Shown here: piece by piece, positions 48,486-57,857 of the stretch
Layout of the letters: each line of letters begins with the position of its first letter
How positions within the stretch are numbered: position 1 is the stretch's first letter
Assembly: GCA_965219455.1 (NCBI GenBank)
Contig: OZ244744.1
Location: 5,216,001-5,280,000 of the forward strand
Origin: Candidatus Latescibacterota bacterium
GTDB lineage: Bacteria > Latescibacterota > UBA2968 > GCA-2709665
Direction of reading: 5' to 3'
DNA length: 64,000 nt
Notes under the pieces: generated by a model
What the model was told of the DNA's origin: nothing
Database searches by the model: none
Seen by the model: the letters and a program-made list of their open reading frames with translations, nothing else
Made by a program: the position numbers and the translations under genes

Positions 48486-49798
48486 TGGTGGGGTTGAGCC
48501 ACCGAACGGCTTCGGTGGAAGTCCGGGACCGTGTGTCGGTCTCCGAACAGAAGCACGGATCCGTCCTTGAACGATTGCACGCGCTCGAGACCGTGGTCGA
48601 GTGCAGTCTCATTTCAACGTGCAACCGATCCGAGGCCTATCTCGTGTCGGACGATCCCGAGGCCGCCGGCACGGGCGTGATTGAGTTGCTTGGCGAAATC
48701 AGCGGGATCGACGCAGGTACGTTGTGCAATTACACATTCACCCGCAACGACATGGACGCGGTTCGACATCTGCTGTGTGTGGCGTCGGGGCTGGATTCGA
48801 TGATAATGGGCGAGCCTCAGATCGCTGGACAGGTGAAGGATGCGGGTGCCCGCGCCCTCGAAGCGGGTACAAGCGGCGCCATTCTGAACCGGTTGTTTCG
48901 CTCGGCCGTCGAAGCCTCCAAGCGCGCGCGAACGGAAACCGAGATCGCCGATGGCGCTGTCTCCGTAAGTTTTGCCGCCGTGGCGCTGGCAAAGAAGATC
49001 CTGGGCAATTTAGTCGAAAGAACGGCCCTGGTTTTGGGTGCGGGGGAGATGAGCGAGTTGACCGCCCGACATCTTGTGGACAACGGGGTAGGTCGACTGA
49101 TGGTGTCCAGTCGGACGTTCACACGGGCGCGGGACCTGGCGAAACGCGTGAATGGGAAAGCGTTGTCCTGGTCGGACGCGATGGATGGCTTGCACCGTGC
49201 GGACATCGTGATCAGTTCAACCAGCGCGACAGTCCGAATTCTGGAAAAGCCTCAGGTTGCACGCGCGATGCAACTGCGCCGGAACAACGCGATGTTCCTC
49301 ATCGATATTGCAGTGCCGAGAGACATCGACCCGGAAGCCGGAACACTTTACAATGTGTTTTTGTACGATATCGACGATTTGCAGGCGGTCGTCGGGGCTA
49401 ACATGCAGAAAAGGCAACGGGAGGCGGAGAAGGTCCAACACATTGTGGGCGAGGAGGTGAGGGAATTTGCTTCGTGGTTGAATTCTCTGGATGTGGTGCC
49501 GGCCATTGTTGCCATGCGGCAGCGATTTCAGGAACTCCTCGACGAGGAACTGGAACGCGCCAGGTTGTCAGATTTCTCGGAGAGACAACAGGAAAAAGTG
49601 GCCGGCCTCCTGCGGCTCTACATGAATAAGCTGTTACATGCTCCCCAGGTTCGGTTGCGTGAAGCCGCCGATTCAGGAGAGGCGCTGAATTATGTCGACG
49701 CGTTGATGCGCCTGTTCGACCTGGATGCGACCCCACCCGGAGTGGTGAAATCGTCCCCGGAAGAAGCGCCCGTCGAGAGGGTGCGAACCGAATGCTGA
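48473..49798 (+). CDS. hemA: Glutamyl-tRNA reductase
   Basis: GLSH.TA, STCNR.E, GLDS...GE.QI.GQVK, GAGEM, DIAVPRDI. Confidence 0.97.
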   Translation: MSIVVVGLSHRTASVEVRDRVSVSEQKHGSVLERLHALETVVECSLISTCNRSEAYLVSDDPEAAGTGVIELLGEISGIDAGTLCNYTFTRNDMDAVRHLLCVASGLDSMIMGEPQIAGQVKDAGARALEAGTSGAILNRLFRSAVEASKRARTETEIADGAVSVSFAAVALAKKILGNLVERTALVLGAGEMSELTARHLVDNGVGRLMVSSRTFTRARDLAKRVNGKALSWSDAMDGLHRADIVISSTSATVRILEKPQVARAMQLRRNNAMFLIDIAVPRDIDPEAGTLYNVFLYDIDDLQAVVGANMQKRQREAEKVQHIVGEEVREFASWLNSLDVVPAIVAMRQRFQELLDEELERARLSDFSERQQEKVAGLLRLYMNKLLHAPQVRLREAADSGEALNYVDALMRLFDLDATPPGVVKSSPEEAPVERVRTEC

Positions 49799-50712
49799 CT
49801 CGTCTTGTGATCGGCAGCCGCGGAAGCCGCCTCGCCCTCTGTCAGGCGGCCTGGGCCAGAGATACGCTGCTGGGCGCGTATTCCGGTCTCGAAGTTTGTA
49901 TAGAGGTTATCAGAACCAGGGGGGATCATGAGCTGGATGAGCCAGTTGCCAGGATTGGCGGCAAGCGCGTTTTTACAAGAGAAATCGAGGAGGCGCTTCT
50001 CGATGGCAGAATCGACCTGGCGGTGCACTCCTTGAAGGACCTGCCTACCAGACTGCCCGCGGGCTTGCGCCTGGAGGCCGTCGGCCGCCGCGCCGATGTG
50101 CGAGACGCGCTGGTGAGCTGTACCGGTCATAGACTGGAAGGTCTGCCAGAGGGCGCGGTGGTGGGTACGGGCAGCCTGCGACGCCAGGCGCAGTTGCGTC
50201 ACCTCAGACCCGATCTGAAGATCGAAGGGATTCGTGGAAACGTCGATACCCGGCTGCGGAAACTGGACGCAGGGAAACTCGAGGCGGTGGTCTTGGCCGC
50301 GGCGGGTCTCCGCCGGCTCGGACTGGAAGACCGTGTGAGCGAGTTTTTACCCCCAAAGCGGTTTTTGCCGGCGCCCGGGCAGGGCGCACTCGGCATCGAG
50401 ATCAGGCAGGGCGACGACAGGGTAGCGCGGGCCGTGCGCTGTTTGCACGATCGTTCCACGTATCTTGCGGTGAGCGCCGAGCGCGCCATGCTGGATGCGC
50501 TCGAAGGAGGATGTCAGTTCCCCATTGGCGCGTGGGCGCGGTTGCACGAAGGGTATCTCGTCGCAGACGGGATGGTGGCTGTTCCCGACGGCAGCAAGGT
50601 CGTCCGCGCTAGGACGACGGGAGACCCCAACGGATCCGTTGAAGTCGGCGTGAGGCTTTCGGAGTTGCTGATCGAGCGGGGAGCGAAGGCGATTCTGGGC
50701 GAATATCTTTAG
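49792..50712 (+). CDS. hemC: Hydroxymethylbilane synthase
   Basis: GSRGS.LA..Q, DLAVHSLKD.P, GT.SLRR, RGNVDTRL.KL, PAPGQG, GGC..PI. Confidence 0.97.
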   Translation: MLTRLVIGSRGSRLALCQAAWARDTLLGAYSGLEVCIEVIRTRGDHELDEPVARIGGKRVFTREIEEALLDGRIDLAVHSLKDLPTRLPAGLRLEAVGRRADVRDALVSCTGHRLEGLPEGAVVGTGSLRRQAQLRHLRPDLKIEGIRGNVDTRLRKLDAGKLEAVVLAAAGLRRLGLEDRVSEFLPPKRFLPAPGQGALGIEIRQGDDRVARAVRCLHDRSTYLAVSAERAMLDALEGGCQFPIGAWARLHEGYLVADGMVAVPDGSKVVRARTTGDPNGSVEVGVRLSELLIERGAKAILGEYL

Positions 50713-50775
50713 GCCGCAAATAAGCTCTCGTATGTGACAACAGGGCGGCCGGTTCCCTGGCTACTTGGGGCAATC

Positions 50776-52299
50776 ATGGCGGAAGGCACGGTTTTTCTTG
50801 TTGGCGCGGGACCGGGAGATCCCGAACTGATAACCGTAAAGGCACTTCGCCGCATCCGGCAGGCAGATGTAATTCTCTACGATAGCCTGGCCAACCGGGC
50901 GTTGCTGGACGAAGCGCCTTCGCATTGTGAACGGATCGACGTGGGGAAACAGCCGGGCGCGCAGGCGCGGCAACAGGAACGGATCGACCGCCTTATGGTC
51001 GCCAGGGCGGAGAAAGGGCTCAAGGTGGTGCGTCTGAAGGGTGGGGATCCGTTCGTATTCGGGCGCGGCGGAGAGGAAATGGCGACGCTGCAACAGGCGG
51101 GCATCGCGTTCGAAGTGATTCCGGGGATTACGAGCGCGATCGCAGCGCCGGCATACGCGGGTATTCCGGTCACCTACCGGTCGATCGCTCCGCACGTGAC
51201 CTTTTTAACGGGTCACCGCGAATCTCTGGAGGCCCTGCCGGAAGTAGACTGGCACGCGCTGGGTCGGCTGGGCGGGACACTGGTGGTGTTGATGGGCGTG
51301 CGAAATCGGGGGGAGGTCGCCCGGAGATTGATCCAGGCCGGCCGTCCGGCCGGTACGCCTGTCGCGGTGGTGCAGGACGGTACGTTGCCATCACAGAGGA
51401 CCGTCCGATGCAACCTTGGCACGCTTGCCGAGGTGGAGGCCGCCAGCCCCGCCGCAATTGTGGTGGGTGAAGTTGCCAGGTCGGACTTTCCGTGGTTTGA
51501 ACGGCTGCCGCTTTTTGGAAAACGTGTCATGGTAACACGGAGCCGGGATCAGGTTGGAGATCTGCGGGGAATGTTGACGGGACTGGGAGCGGAGGTTCTG
51601 GTGGCCCCCGCCATCGAAATCGCGGAGCCGCCGGATTGGGTGCGGGCGGACGCCGCAATTCAGGAGTTGGACCGGTTTGACTGGCTTGTATTTGCAAGCG
51701 GCAACGCTATAGAGCGATTCTTCCGGCGGGTGCGCACGTTGCATGGCGACCTCCGTAGATTGTCGGATGTCCGGATTGCCGTGGTAGGTCAGACATCCGC
51801 GGCGAAGATACGGAGCTACGGCCTGGGCGTGGATTTATGCCCGTGTCAGCACACCGCTGCCGACCTTGCGGAGCAGTTTGCCGGCATTCACATGTCCGGG
51901 CTGCGTGTGCTGATTCCCCGGGCAGAGAAGGGACGGCGGAAAATATCCGACGCTCTGCGTGCGCAGGGGGCACAGGTACGGGAGATTATTGTCTACCGAA
52001 TCGTGAAACCCTCGGGCATTTCAGAGGAGAACATGGTGCGCCTGAAGCGGAGCGAGGTCGACATGGTAATTTTTTCAAGTCCATCTTCTGCAACTAATTG
52101 CGTAGAATTATTCAAGCAATTCGGAATGCCGGACCTGGCACAGGTGCTTCCCGCCGCCTGTATAGGGCCCACAACGGCCGAGACGGCTCGGAATCTGGGG
52201 TTTTCCGTTGTCGCGCAGGCCGCCGGACGGGAAATTGGCATCACCGGCCTCGTCGAATTGATTCGGGATTATTTCAGCGTCAGAGCACCCGGCGCGTAA
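50776..52299 (+). CDS. cobA: Uroporphyrinogen-III C-methyltransferase / uroporphyrinogen-III synthase fusion (CobA-HemD)
   Basis: LVGAGPGDP.L.T, RLKGGDPFVFGRGGEE, then WFE.LPL.GK...VTR and the HemD motifs F.S.S and IGP.TA. Confidence 0.93.
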   Translation: MAEGTVFLVGAGPGDPELITVKALRRIRQADVILYDSLANRALLDEAPSHCERIDVGKQPGAQARQQERIDRLMVARAEKGLKVVRLKGGDPFVFGRGGEEMATLQQAGIAFEVIPGITSAIAAPAYAGIPVTYRSIAPHVTFLTGHRESLEALPEVDWHALGRLGGTLVVLMGVRNRGEVARRLIQAGRPAGTPVAVVQDGTLPSQRTVRCNLGTLAEVEAASPAAIVVGEVARSDFPWFERLPLFGKRVMVTRSRDQVGDLRGMLTGLGAEVLVAPAIEIAEPPDWVRADAAIQELDRFDWLVFASGNAIERFFRRVRTLHGDLRRLSDVRIAVVGQTSAAKIRSYGLGVDLCPCQHTAADLAEQFAGIHMSGLRVLIPRAEKGRRKISDALRAQGAQVREIIVYRIVKPSGISEENMVRLKRSEVDMVIFSSPSSATNCVELFKQFGMPDLAQVLPAACIGPTTAETARNLGFSVVAQAAGREIGITGLVELIRDYFSVRAPGA

Positions 52300-52600
52300 T
52301 CTCGGTGCCAATCCTGCACGGTAACAACATGGTCCGAAGGGCCCGCCCGACCTTACGTCCCGCGGGAGTTCCGACGCACCGTCGACGTTTTCGAAACAGT
52401 AAATGCCCGCGGACGCCGCGGCATCACCGGCCGCCAGCTCTTTTCCGGCCCGGGGGGAAGTCACTTGCCGTCGGGACCCATATCGTTCTTTTTGCAGTGG
52501 TACCATCGTAATTCCCTGTTGACACGGGGAGGTGTAAATCGTAAATTTCATATGAGAAAGTCCACAGTTCGATTCGCTTGGGCTCCGAAAGGAGGAGGTT

Positions 52601-53401
52601 ATGCAGAAGTTACTTGTTTTCGTGGCACTTGCTTTGGCGGGGTCGGCTTCGGCCGGGGAAATGACCGATGGATTGACCATTACGGGAGGTCATAATTCCT
52701 TCGCTCGGCTGATGCTGGAGCGGGCGGACGCTCCGGATACAGACCAGGGTGTCCTGAAATTGCGCGTTTCGCTCGAACAAGCCAAGAACCTGAAGGGGTA
52801 CGGATTCTCGCTGATCTACGATCCGGCCAAATACGAATTTCTCGAAGCCAGGGAGGTCGACGGCAGTTTACTCTCGGCCAGATCTGAGCAGAATACGCTA
52901 TTCCTGTCATCCAACCGAACGCCCGGAAAACTGGATATCGGCGCCATGAACGTCGACGGTCAGGGCGCCAGCGGCGATGGGGATCTTGTCGAGCTTGTCT
53001 TCAAGGCCACCGAAACCCCGCGGGCAACGGATTTTCAGATTGCGGAAGGCGTTCTGGTCGGGCTCGATGGAAACATCGACCTGCTCACTCAAATTGAAAT
53101 CGGGAATCTGAAGCCGCTGCCCGACCGAACGGCACTGAGCCAGAATATGCCGAATCCCTTCAACCCCTCCACAATGATCGAGTATCAAATTGCGGAGGCC
53201 GGGCAGGTCAGGCTGGCCATCTACAATCTCCTTGGCCAGGAGGTTCGGGTACTGGAGGATGCGCGCACGGAAGCGGGCCACTATACAGCAAACTGGGATG
53301 GCAAGGACCACCTGGGACGGCAGGTCGCCAGCGGGATCTATCTGTATCGGCTGCAGTCCGCCAATTTCTCGGCAACCAAGCGAATGATGCTGTTGAAATA
53401 G
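52601..53401 (+). CDS. Secreted cohesin-like protein with FlgD-Ig / T9SS-type C-terminal domain
   Basis: Signal peptide (..ASA); cohesin-like GY...L.YDP..Y.F and G.G.L..L.F; C-terminal L.QN.PNPFNP.T, IYN.LGQ.V, WDG, SG.Y.YRL, KRM.LLK. AGGAGG RBS. Confidence 0.8.
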   Translation: MQKLLVFVALALAGSASAGEMTDGLTITGGHNSFARLMLERADAPDTDQGVLKLRVSLEQAKNLKGYGFSLIYDPAKYEFLEAREVDGSLLSARSEQNTLFLSSNRTPGKLDIGAMNVDGQGASGDGDLVELVFKATETPRATDFQIAEGVLVGLDGNIDLLTQIEIGNLKPLPDRTALSQNMPNPFNPSTMIEYQIAEAGQVRLAIYNLLGQEVRVLEDARTEAGHYTANWDGKDHLGRQVASGIYLYRLQSANFSATKRMMLLK

Positions 53402-53630
53402 CGTTATTGGTTTGACGCTGCAATGTTAAGGTCGTCTCTGAGCCGGAGGCGGCCTTTCTTGTTCTGCGGCAGTCCAGACGTTCGCCGATCGTGAACGCGC
53501 CACGGACGGGATGATTCCGCATGTTGACCCGCCTCTGCTCGATCTGTGGAAGGCCTCTGACCCGCATTCGCCGTTTTTCTGCTTGACGCCTGATTACTTC
53601 TGCCATCTTGAAGAATGAGCTGAGGTCCTT

Positions 53631-55253
53631 ATGAATGTGACAAGGATGCGAGATATTTGCAGTTCCGCGTTCGTGGTCATGTTGCCGTGGCTTCCGGTTC
53701 CCGGTGCGGACGTTTCAGGAAGTGAGGCCGGGCGGTTACGTGCGGGCGATGCCGAGAATCGCGTAAAGGTTGAGCTGTTTGTGATGGCGCACTGTCCTTA
53801 CGGGATGCGGGCGCAAGCCGCGCTCGCACCCATGCTAGGGGCATTTGGCGACGGCATTGATTTCAGGCTGCATTTCATCGCTCAGGAGGCTGGAAAGGGC
53901 CCCGCGCCCTCAGTCCCGCTCCCACCGCGCCAGAGCCAGCGTGAATCCTGCGATTCCGGCATGGTATTCGGAACGGGCCGATTCCTGAGTCTTCACGGCG
54001 ACGCCGAGGTGGAGGAGGGAATCCGGCAGGTCGTCATGATGCAGTTGTTTCCCGACCGATATTATGACTATATTTTGTATAGAAATGAAGACATCGACTC
54101 CCCAAATTGGCAGGCCAGCGCGCGGAGAGCAGGAATTGAACCGGAACGGGTGCAGGCGGTAGCCTCCGGCGCCGACGGAGAGGCACTTTTTCGCGATAAT
54201 ATCCTGCGGGCGAATCATCTGGGGATCCAGGCGTCGCCGACCCTGTTCGTCAACGACGTGGAAGTGAAAGGTGGAATCGAAACGCAGGGTCTGGCGCGCC
54301 GCATCTGCGGGCTGGATAGTCTGGCCGGACCCTGCGCGTCGGTTCCGGTTTGCGGGAACGATCAGGACTGTCTGTCAACGGGCCGCGTCGGTGTGTGTGT
54401 TAACGCCGGCAAGCCCTCTGCGGTTTGCAGATTCAGCGATCCGGTTGTCTTCAAGATGACTGTTTTGAACGATACCGAATGCGACCTGTGTGACCCGGGG
54501 CTGTTTGTTCGTTCTACTCGAGAGTTGTTCCCGGGCGTGGATGTCCGAACACTGAACGTACATTCCCTGCAGGGCAGAAGATTGGCGGACCGGTTTCAGA
54601 TCGACCGTGTGCCGGCGTTTATACTCGACTCCGATTTTTCCGGGACGGCCCGGTTTCAGCGAATTGCGCAGGCCGTGTATCCAATGAGCGGCAGTTACTT
54701 GCCACGGCCCGCGCTCCTGCCCTTCTCGCGGCTGATGGGCCGGCAGGCCGTTCCGGGTCGTATGGACTTTTTCTTTTCGGGAGTGTCGCCACTGACGGTG
54801 CGAATTGCCGGGGATCTGCTGTCCTGGCTGGATGCCGTTGATGCCCTGGAACGTCTGCACCTCCATCCGATGGGGCAGGATGAAAACGCTCTATCCAGCT
54901 TGTGTGTTCGAAAAATCTATCCGCAGCGATACGTCGCCTATATGATGTGCCTGTTCGGGAGTGCTTCGAAACGCGGGGTCAAGGGATCCAATGCCGCCTG
55001 TCTGAAGCCGCAGGCGATGGACGTCGAACGCATAAGGGCCTGCGCCGCCGACGAAGGCGCGGCGCTGGTTTCCCGGTCTCGGGTTGCGGCGGCAAGAGCA
55101 GGTATCGATCGGTCAATGAATCCGTCGTTGTTGCTCGACGGTCGATTCGTCGTCACGAGCAGGATGCTGCCTCAGGCTCGGGATTTGTTCTACCGGTTGA
55201 ACCCGGAGCTTCTGCAACTAGATAAGACATATATGGAGAATAAAAGAAAGTGA
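53631..55253 (+). CDS. Probably exported multi-thioredoxin-fold (GILT/DsbA-like) Cys-rich protein
   Basis: VELFVMAHCPYG, SLHG..E.EE..RQ, SPTLFVN; Cys-rich linker; CDLC..VPAF; degenerate third repeat ending NPSLLLDG. Confidence 0.6.
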   Translation: MNVTRMRDICSSAFVVMLPWLPVPGADVSGSEAGRLRAGDAENRVKVELFVMAHCPYGMRAQAALAPMLGAFGDGIDFRLHFIAQEAGKGPAPSVPLPPRQSQRESCDSGMVFGTGRFLSLHGDAEVEEGIRQVVMMQLFPDRYYDYILYRNEDIDSPNWQASARRAGIEPERVQAVASGADGEALFRDNILRANHLGIQASPTLFVNDVEVKGGIETQGLARRICGLDSLAGPCASVPVCGNDQDCLSTGRVGVCVNAGKPSAVCRFSDPVVFKMTVLNDTECDLCDPGLFVRSTRELFPGVDVRTLNVHSLQGRRLADRFQIDRVPAFILDSDFSGTARFQRIAQAVYPMSGSYLPRPALLPFSRLMGRQAVPGRMDFFFSGVSPLTVRIAGDLLSWLDAVDALERLHLHPMGQDENALSSLCVRKIYPQRYVAYMMCLFGSASKRGVKGSNAACLKPQAMDVERIRACAADEGAALVSRSRVAAARAGIDRSMNPSLLLDGRFVVTSRMLPQARDLFYRLNPELLQLDKTYMENKRK

Positions 55254-55274
55254 TTCCCCTGGAGGCCGTAGACC

Positions 55275-56018
55275 ATGTCTCGCTTACGCGGCGCCGCGTT
55301 GCCGGCGCTATGGTTGGCGCTTTGCGCAGGATGTAGTGCGGATTCGACAGACGGGCAAAGGATGTCGGCGGATGAGGAGGCGCGATTTCTCATTATGCGC
55401 AAAAGGATGGTAAGAATACAGATCGAGCGCCGCGGAATCAAGGAGCGGCGCGTGCTGGATGCATTGCTGGGGGTGCCGCGCCACCTGTTTGTACCCGCGC
55501 ACCTCAAAGAGCGGGCGTACGACGACGGCGCGCTGCCTATTGGCGAAGACCAGACGATATCGCAGCCGTATATTGTGGCGAAAATGACTGAATTGCTGGC
55601 CCTGAAAGGCGACGAGAGAGTGCTCGAGGTTGGAACCGGCTCGGGCTATCAGGCGGCCGTTCTGGCAAGGCTCGTGCGTGAGGTGTATACCATTGAAATC
55701 GTGCCGTCGCTCGCTCTACAGGCCGAAGAACGACTCAAACGAATGGGATACGACAACATCAGCGTACGCCTCGGAGACGGGTACCGGGGTTGGAAGGAAC
55801 ATGCCCCGTTCGACGCAGTCATCGTGACAGCGGCGCCCGACCATATTCCGACGAAGCTTGTTGAACAGCTTCGGGAAGGCGGGCGCATGGTGATACCTGT
55901 CGGCAACGTCAATCAATACCTGACGCTGCTTGTTAAGGAAAAGGATGGCGTGAGGGAAGAACAGGTCATCCCCGTCCGGTTTGTACCGATGACGGGAGAG
56001 GCACAGGCGCAGGAATGA
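55275..56018 (+). CDS. pcm: Protein-L-isoaspartate O-methyltransferase with lipoprotein-like N-terminal signal
   Basis: VPRHLFVP, QTISQPYIVA, VLEVGTGSGYQAA, GDG..GW..APFD...VTAA, FVPM. Confidence 0.95.
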   Translation: MSRLRGAALPALWLALCAGCSADSTDGQRMSADEEARFLIMRKRMVRIQIERRGIKERRVLDALLGVPRHLFVPAHLKERAYDDGALPIGEDQTISQPYIVAKMTELLALKGDERVLEVGTGSGYQAAVLARLVREVYTIEIVPSLALQAEERLKRMGYDNISVRLGDGYRGWKEHAPFDAVIVTAAPDHIPTKLVEQLREGGRMVIPVGNVNQYLTLLVKEKDGVREEQVIPVRFVPMTGEAQAQE

Positions 56019-56203
56019 GGAGGGCACTTCTTGATTACAATCTGGGGTATAGGAATTTCGCTGGTTTTCCTGCTTTGTTATCTTGGCCAGTCCATTTCTT
56101 CAGGTATGGAGGGACGACGTGCGAAACTGCTTCAATGGGCATGCTGGGTGGTGGCAAGTACCACGATGCTATCCTGCTATTTGCTAACGCGTTCGATTAC
56201 GCA

Positions 56204-56752
56204 ATGACCTATCGGGAGGTAAAACGGCACCTGGACAAACCGGACGCCGTTTTTGTTTGCGAGCCCGTCGTGCAGACGCCGGGTTGCGTGGTGCTCAAAT
56301 ATGTCAACACACGGCCCGGTCGGGTGGGCGAAATGGCGTTTGAAACCGGGTCCGTTACGTACGGATACTATCGGCACGGGGCCGGGTACGTATTGTGGAA
56401 AATGTACGATCCGGACGGCCGGCTACGGGGCCATCTCTTTCACATCTGCAAGAACCTGAAGGTGGGCGATCAGTGCGTCAATTTCCTCGACCTGATGCTG
56501 GACCTCTGGTTCGATTCAGCGGGTCGGCTTTCGGTTCTTGATCGGGATGAACTGGAAACCTACGAGAGGCGTGGTGTGCTCGGCAGGCAGGATATGAAAT
56601 GGATCGCGATGCAGGAGCGCACAATTGTCGCTCGCGTGGACGAGATTCTGGCGGACTTTGATGACATTCTTGCTCAGGTGTCGTGTTCTGTCCCGGAAAT
56701 AGATTGCCTGATTTCGGCCGCCGAGCGAAGCCAACGCAGTGAGACGGGATGA
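56204..56752 (+). CDS. DUF402-like protein
   Basis: Y...K.YD.DG.L.G..F.I, DL.LDLW, VLD.DEL. ATG 56204 is preferred over 56015. The C-terminus lies inside MITE copy 2. Confidence 0.7.
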   Translation: MTYREVKRHLDKPDAVFVCEPVVQTPGCVVLKYVNTRPGRVGEMAFETGSVTYGYYRHGAGYVLWKMYDPDGRLRGHLFHICKNLKVGDQCVNFLDLMLDLWFDSAGRLSVLDRDELETYERRGVLGRQDMKWIAMQERTIVARVDEILADFDDILAQVSCSVPEIDCLISAAERSQRSETG

Positions 56753-56792
56753 ATCGGCGGATGAATGGTTACATATTTCCGGGACGGGACAG
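56683..56792. mobile_element. MITE-like dispersed repeat, copy 2 (110 bp)
   Basis: TIRs gtgttctgtcccggaaata / tatttccgggacgggacag (16/19, inner 12 perfect). Internal gagacgggatgaatcgg and ggatgaatgg.acata are shared with copy 1. Confidence 0.75.
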
Positions 56793-56801
56793 TAGGTCCG
56801 A

Positions 56802-57698
56802 TCAGCGACGGCGCGATTTCTCGACGTCCGAAAACAGGGATTGACAGGTTGTCTTCAGGTATTCCAGGAAGGAATCACCAATGGCGGGGTGTTCCAGGGC
56901 AAATGCAACGGTTGTTCTCAGATACGAGAGCAGGTCGCCAACCGTGTGCCAATCCCCTTCAACTGCGCACGCGTACACGGGTCGAGATTGAATCATCAGC
57001 TGAATGGCGTCGGTGAGTTGGTACTCGCCATTTTCCACGGGGGTAATTCGATCCAGAAATTCGAAGATATCGGGTTCGAAGATATACCGACCGAGGCAAG
57101 CAAGATTTGAGGGTGCCTGCGCCGGGTCGGGTTTTTCCACCAGGCCCTTCACGAGATATGCCCCGTTGATGGATTCGGCTTGGATCACGCCGTAGCTGCC
57201 GACAAGTTCGGTGGCCACCTCTTTAACCGCCAGAATCGACGCGCCGAATTTGCCGTATTGATCCATCAGTTGCCCGATGCACGGACGTTCGGACACCACC
57301 AGGTCGTCTCCGAATAACACTGCAAATGGTTCGTCACCGACGTGCTTGCGGGCCCTGAGGACGGCGTGACCCGTACCAAGAAGCTCTCTCTGTCGGAGAA
57401 AGTGGATGTCGGCGAGTTGCTCGATGCGTTCAAGGGTTGCGAGCATCGAGCGGTCTTCCCGCTTTGCCAGGGCGTTGTGAAGTTCGACATTGCGGTCGAA
57501 GTGGTCTTCTATGGCCCGTTTGCCTCTGCCCGTGATTATCAGAATGTCTTCGATGCCGGCTTCTACAAGTTCTTCGATGACGTACTGTATGGCCGGTTTG
57601 TCTGCGACAGGCATCATTTCTTTGGGCAGGGCTTTGGTGGCCGGCAACATCCGGCTTCCGTGCCCGGCCGCCGCGATCACCGCCTTGCGAATCTTCAA
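56802..57698 (-). CDS. galU: UTP--glucose-1-phosphate uridylyltransferase
   Basis: KAVI.AAG.G.R.LPATKA.PKEM, EDHFD, GHAV, LVEKP, GRYI, E.QLTDA. TTG start after GGAGG. Confidence 0.95.
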   Translation of the reverse strand: MKIRKAVIAAAGHGSRMLPATKALPKEMMPVADKPAIQYVIEELVEAGIEDILIITGRGKRAIEDHFDRNVELHNALAKREDRSMLATLERIEQLADIHFLRQRELLGTGHAVLRARKHVGDEPFAVLFGDDLVVSERPCIGQLMDQYGKFGASILAVKEVATELVGSYGVIQAESINGAYLVKGLVEKPDPAQAPSNLACLGRYIFEPDIFEFLDRITPVENGEYQLTDAIQLMIQSRPVYACAVEGDWHTVGDLLSYLRTTVAFALEHPAIGDSFLEYLKTTCQSLFSDVEKSRRR

Positions 57699-57828
57699 AG
57701 ACAACCTCCGTCGTGGTGAGGCAAATGAGTAAGTTCTTAACATATATCGGTTTAAATAAGGAATGTTGTTGCGTTTTTGTCAAGTGGATTTTGTCTCTCG
57801 CACCGCCTGAGTCTGGCCTGCAAACCGC

Positions 57829-57857
57829 TTGACATTGGGCGCACAATGGGTTATTTT
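57829..57857 (+). promoter_or_regulatory. Putative sigma70 promoter for purN
   Basis: TTGACA-N17-TATTTT. Confidence 0.55.

Noticed and set aside
52300-52345. SAM-I riboswitch-like string ggtgccaatcctgca
   Set aside because: The upstream ATC.AGAG, GAGGGA..GGCCC and GCAACC elements are missing, and the downstream gene is unrelated.
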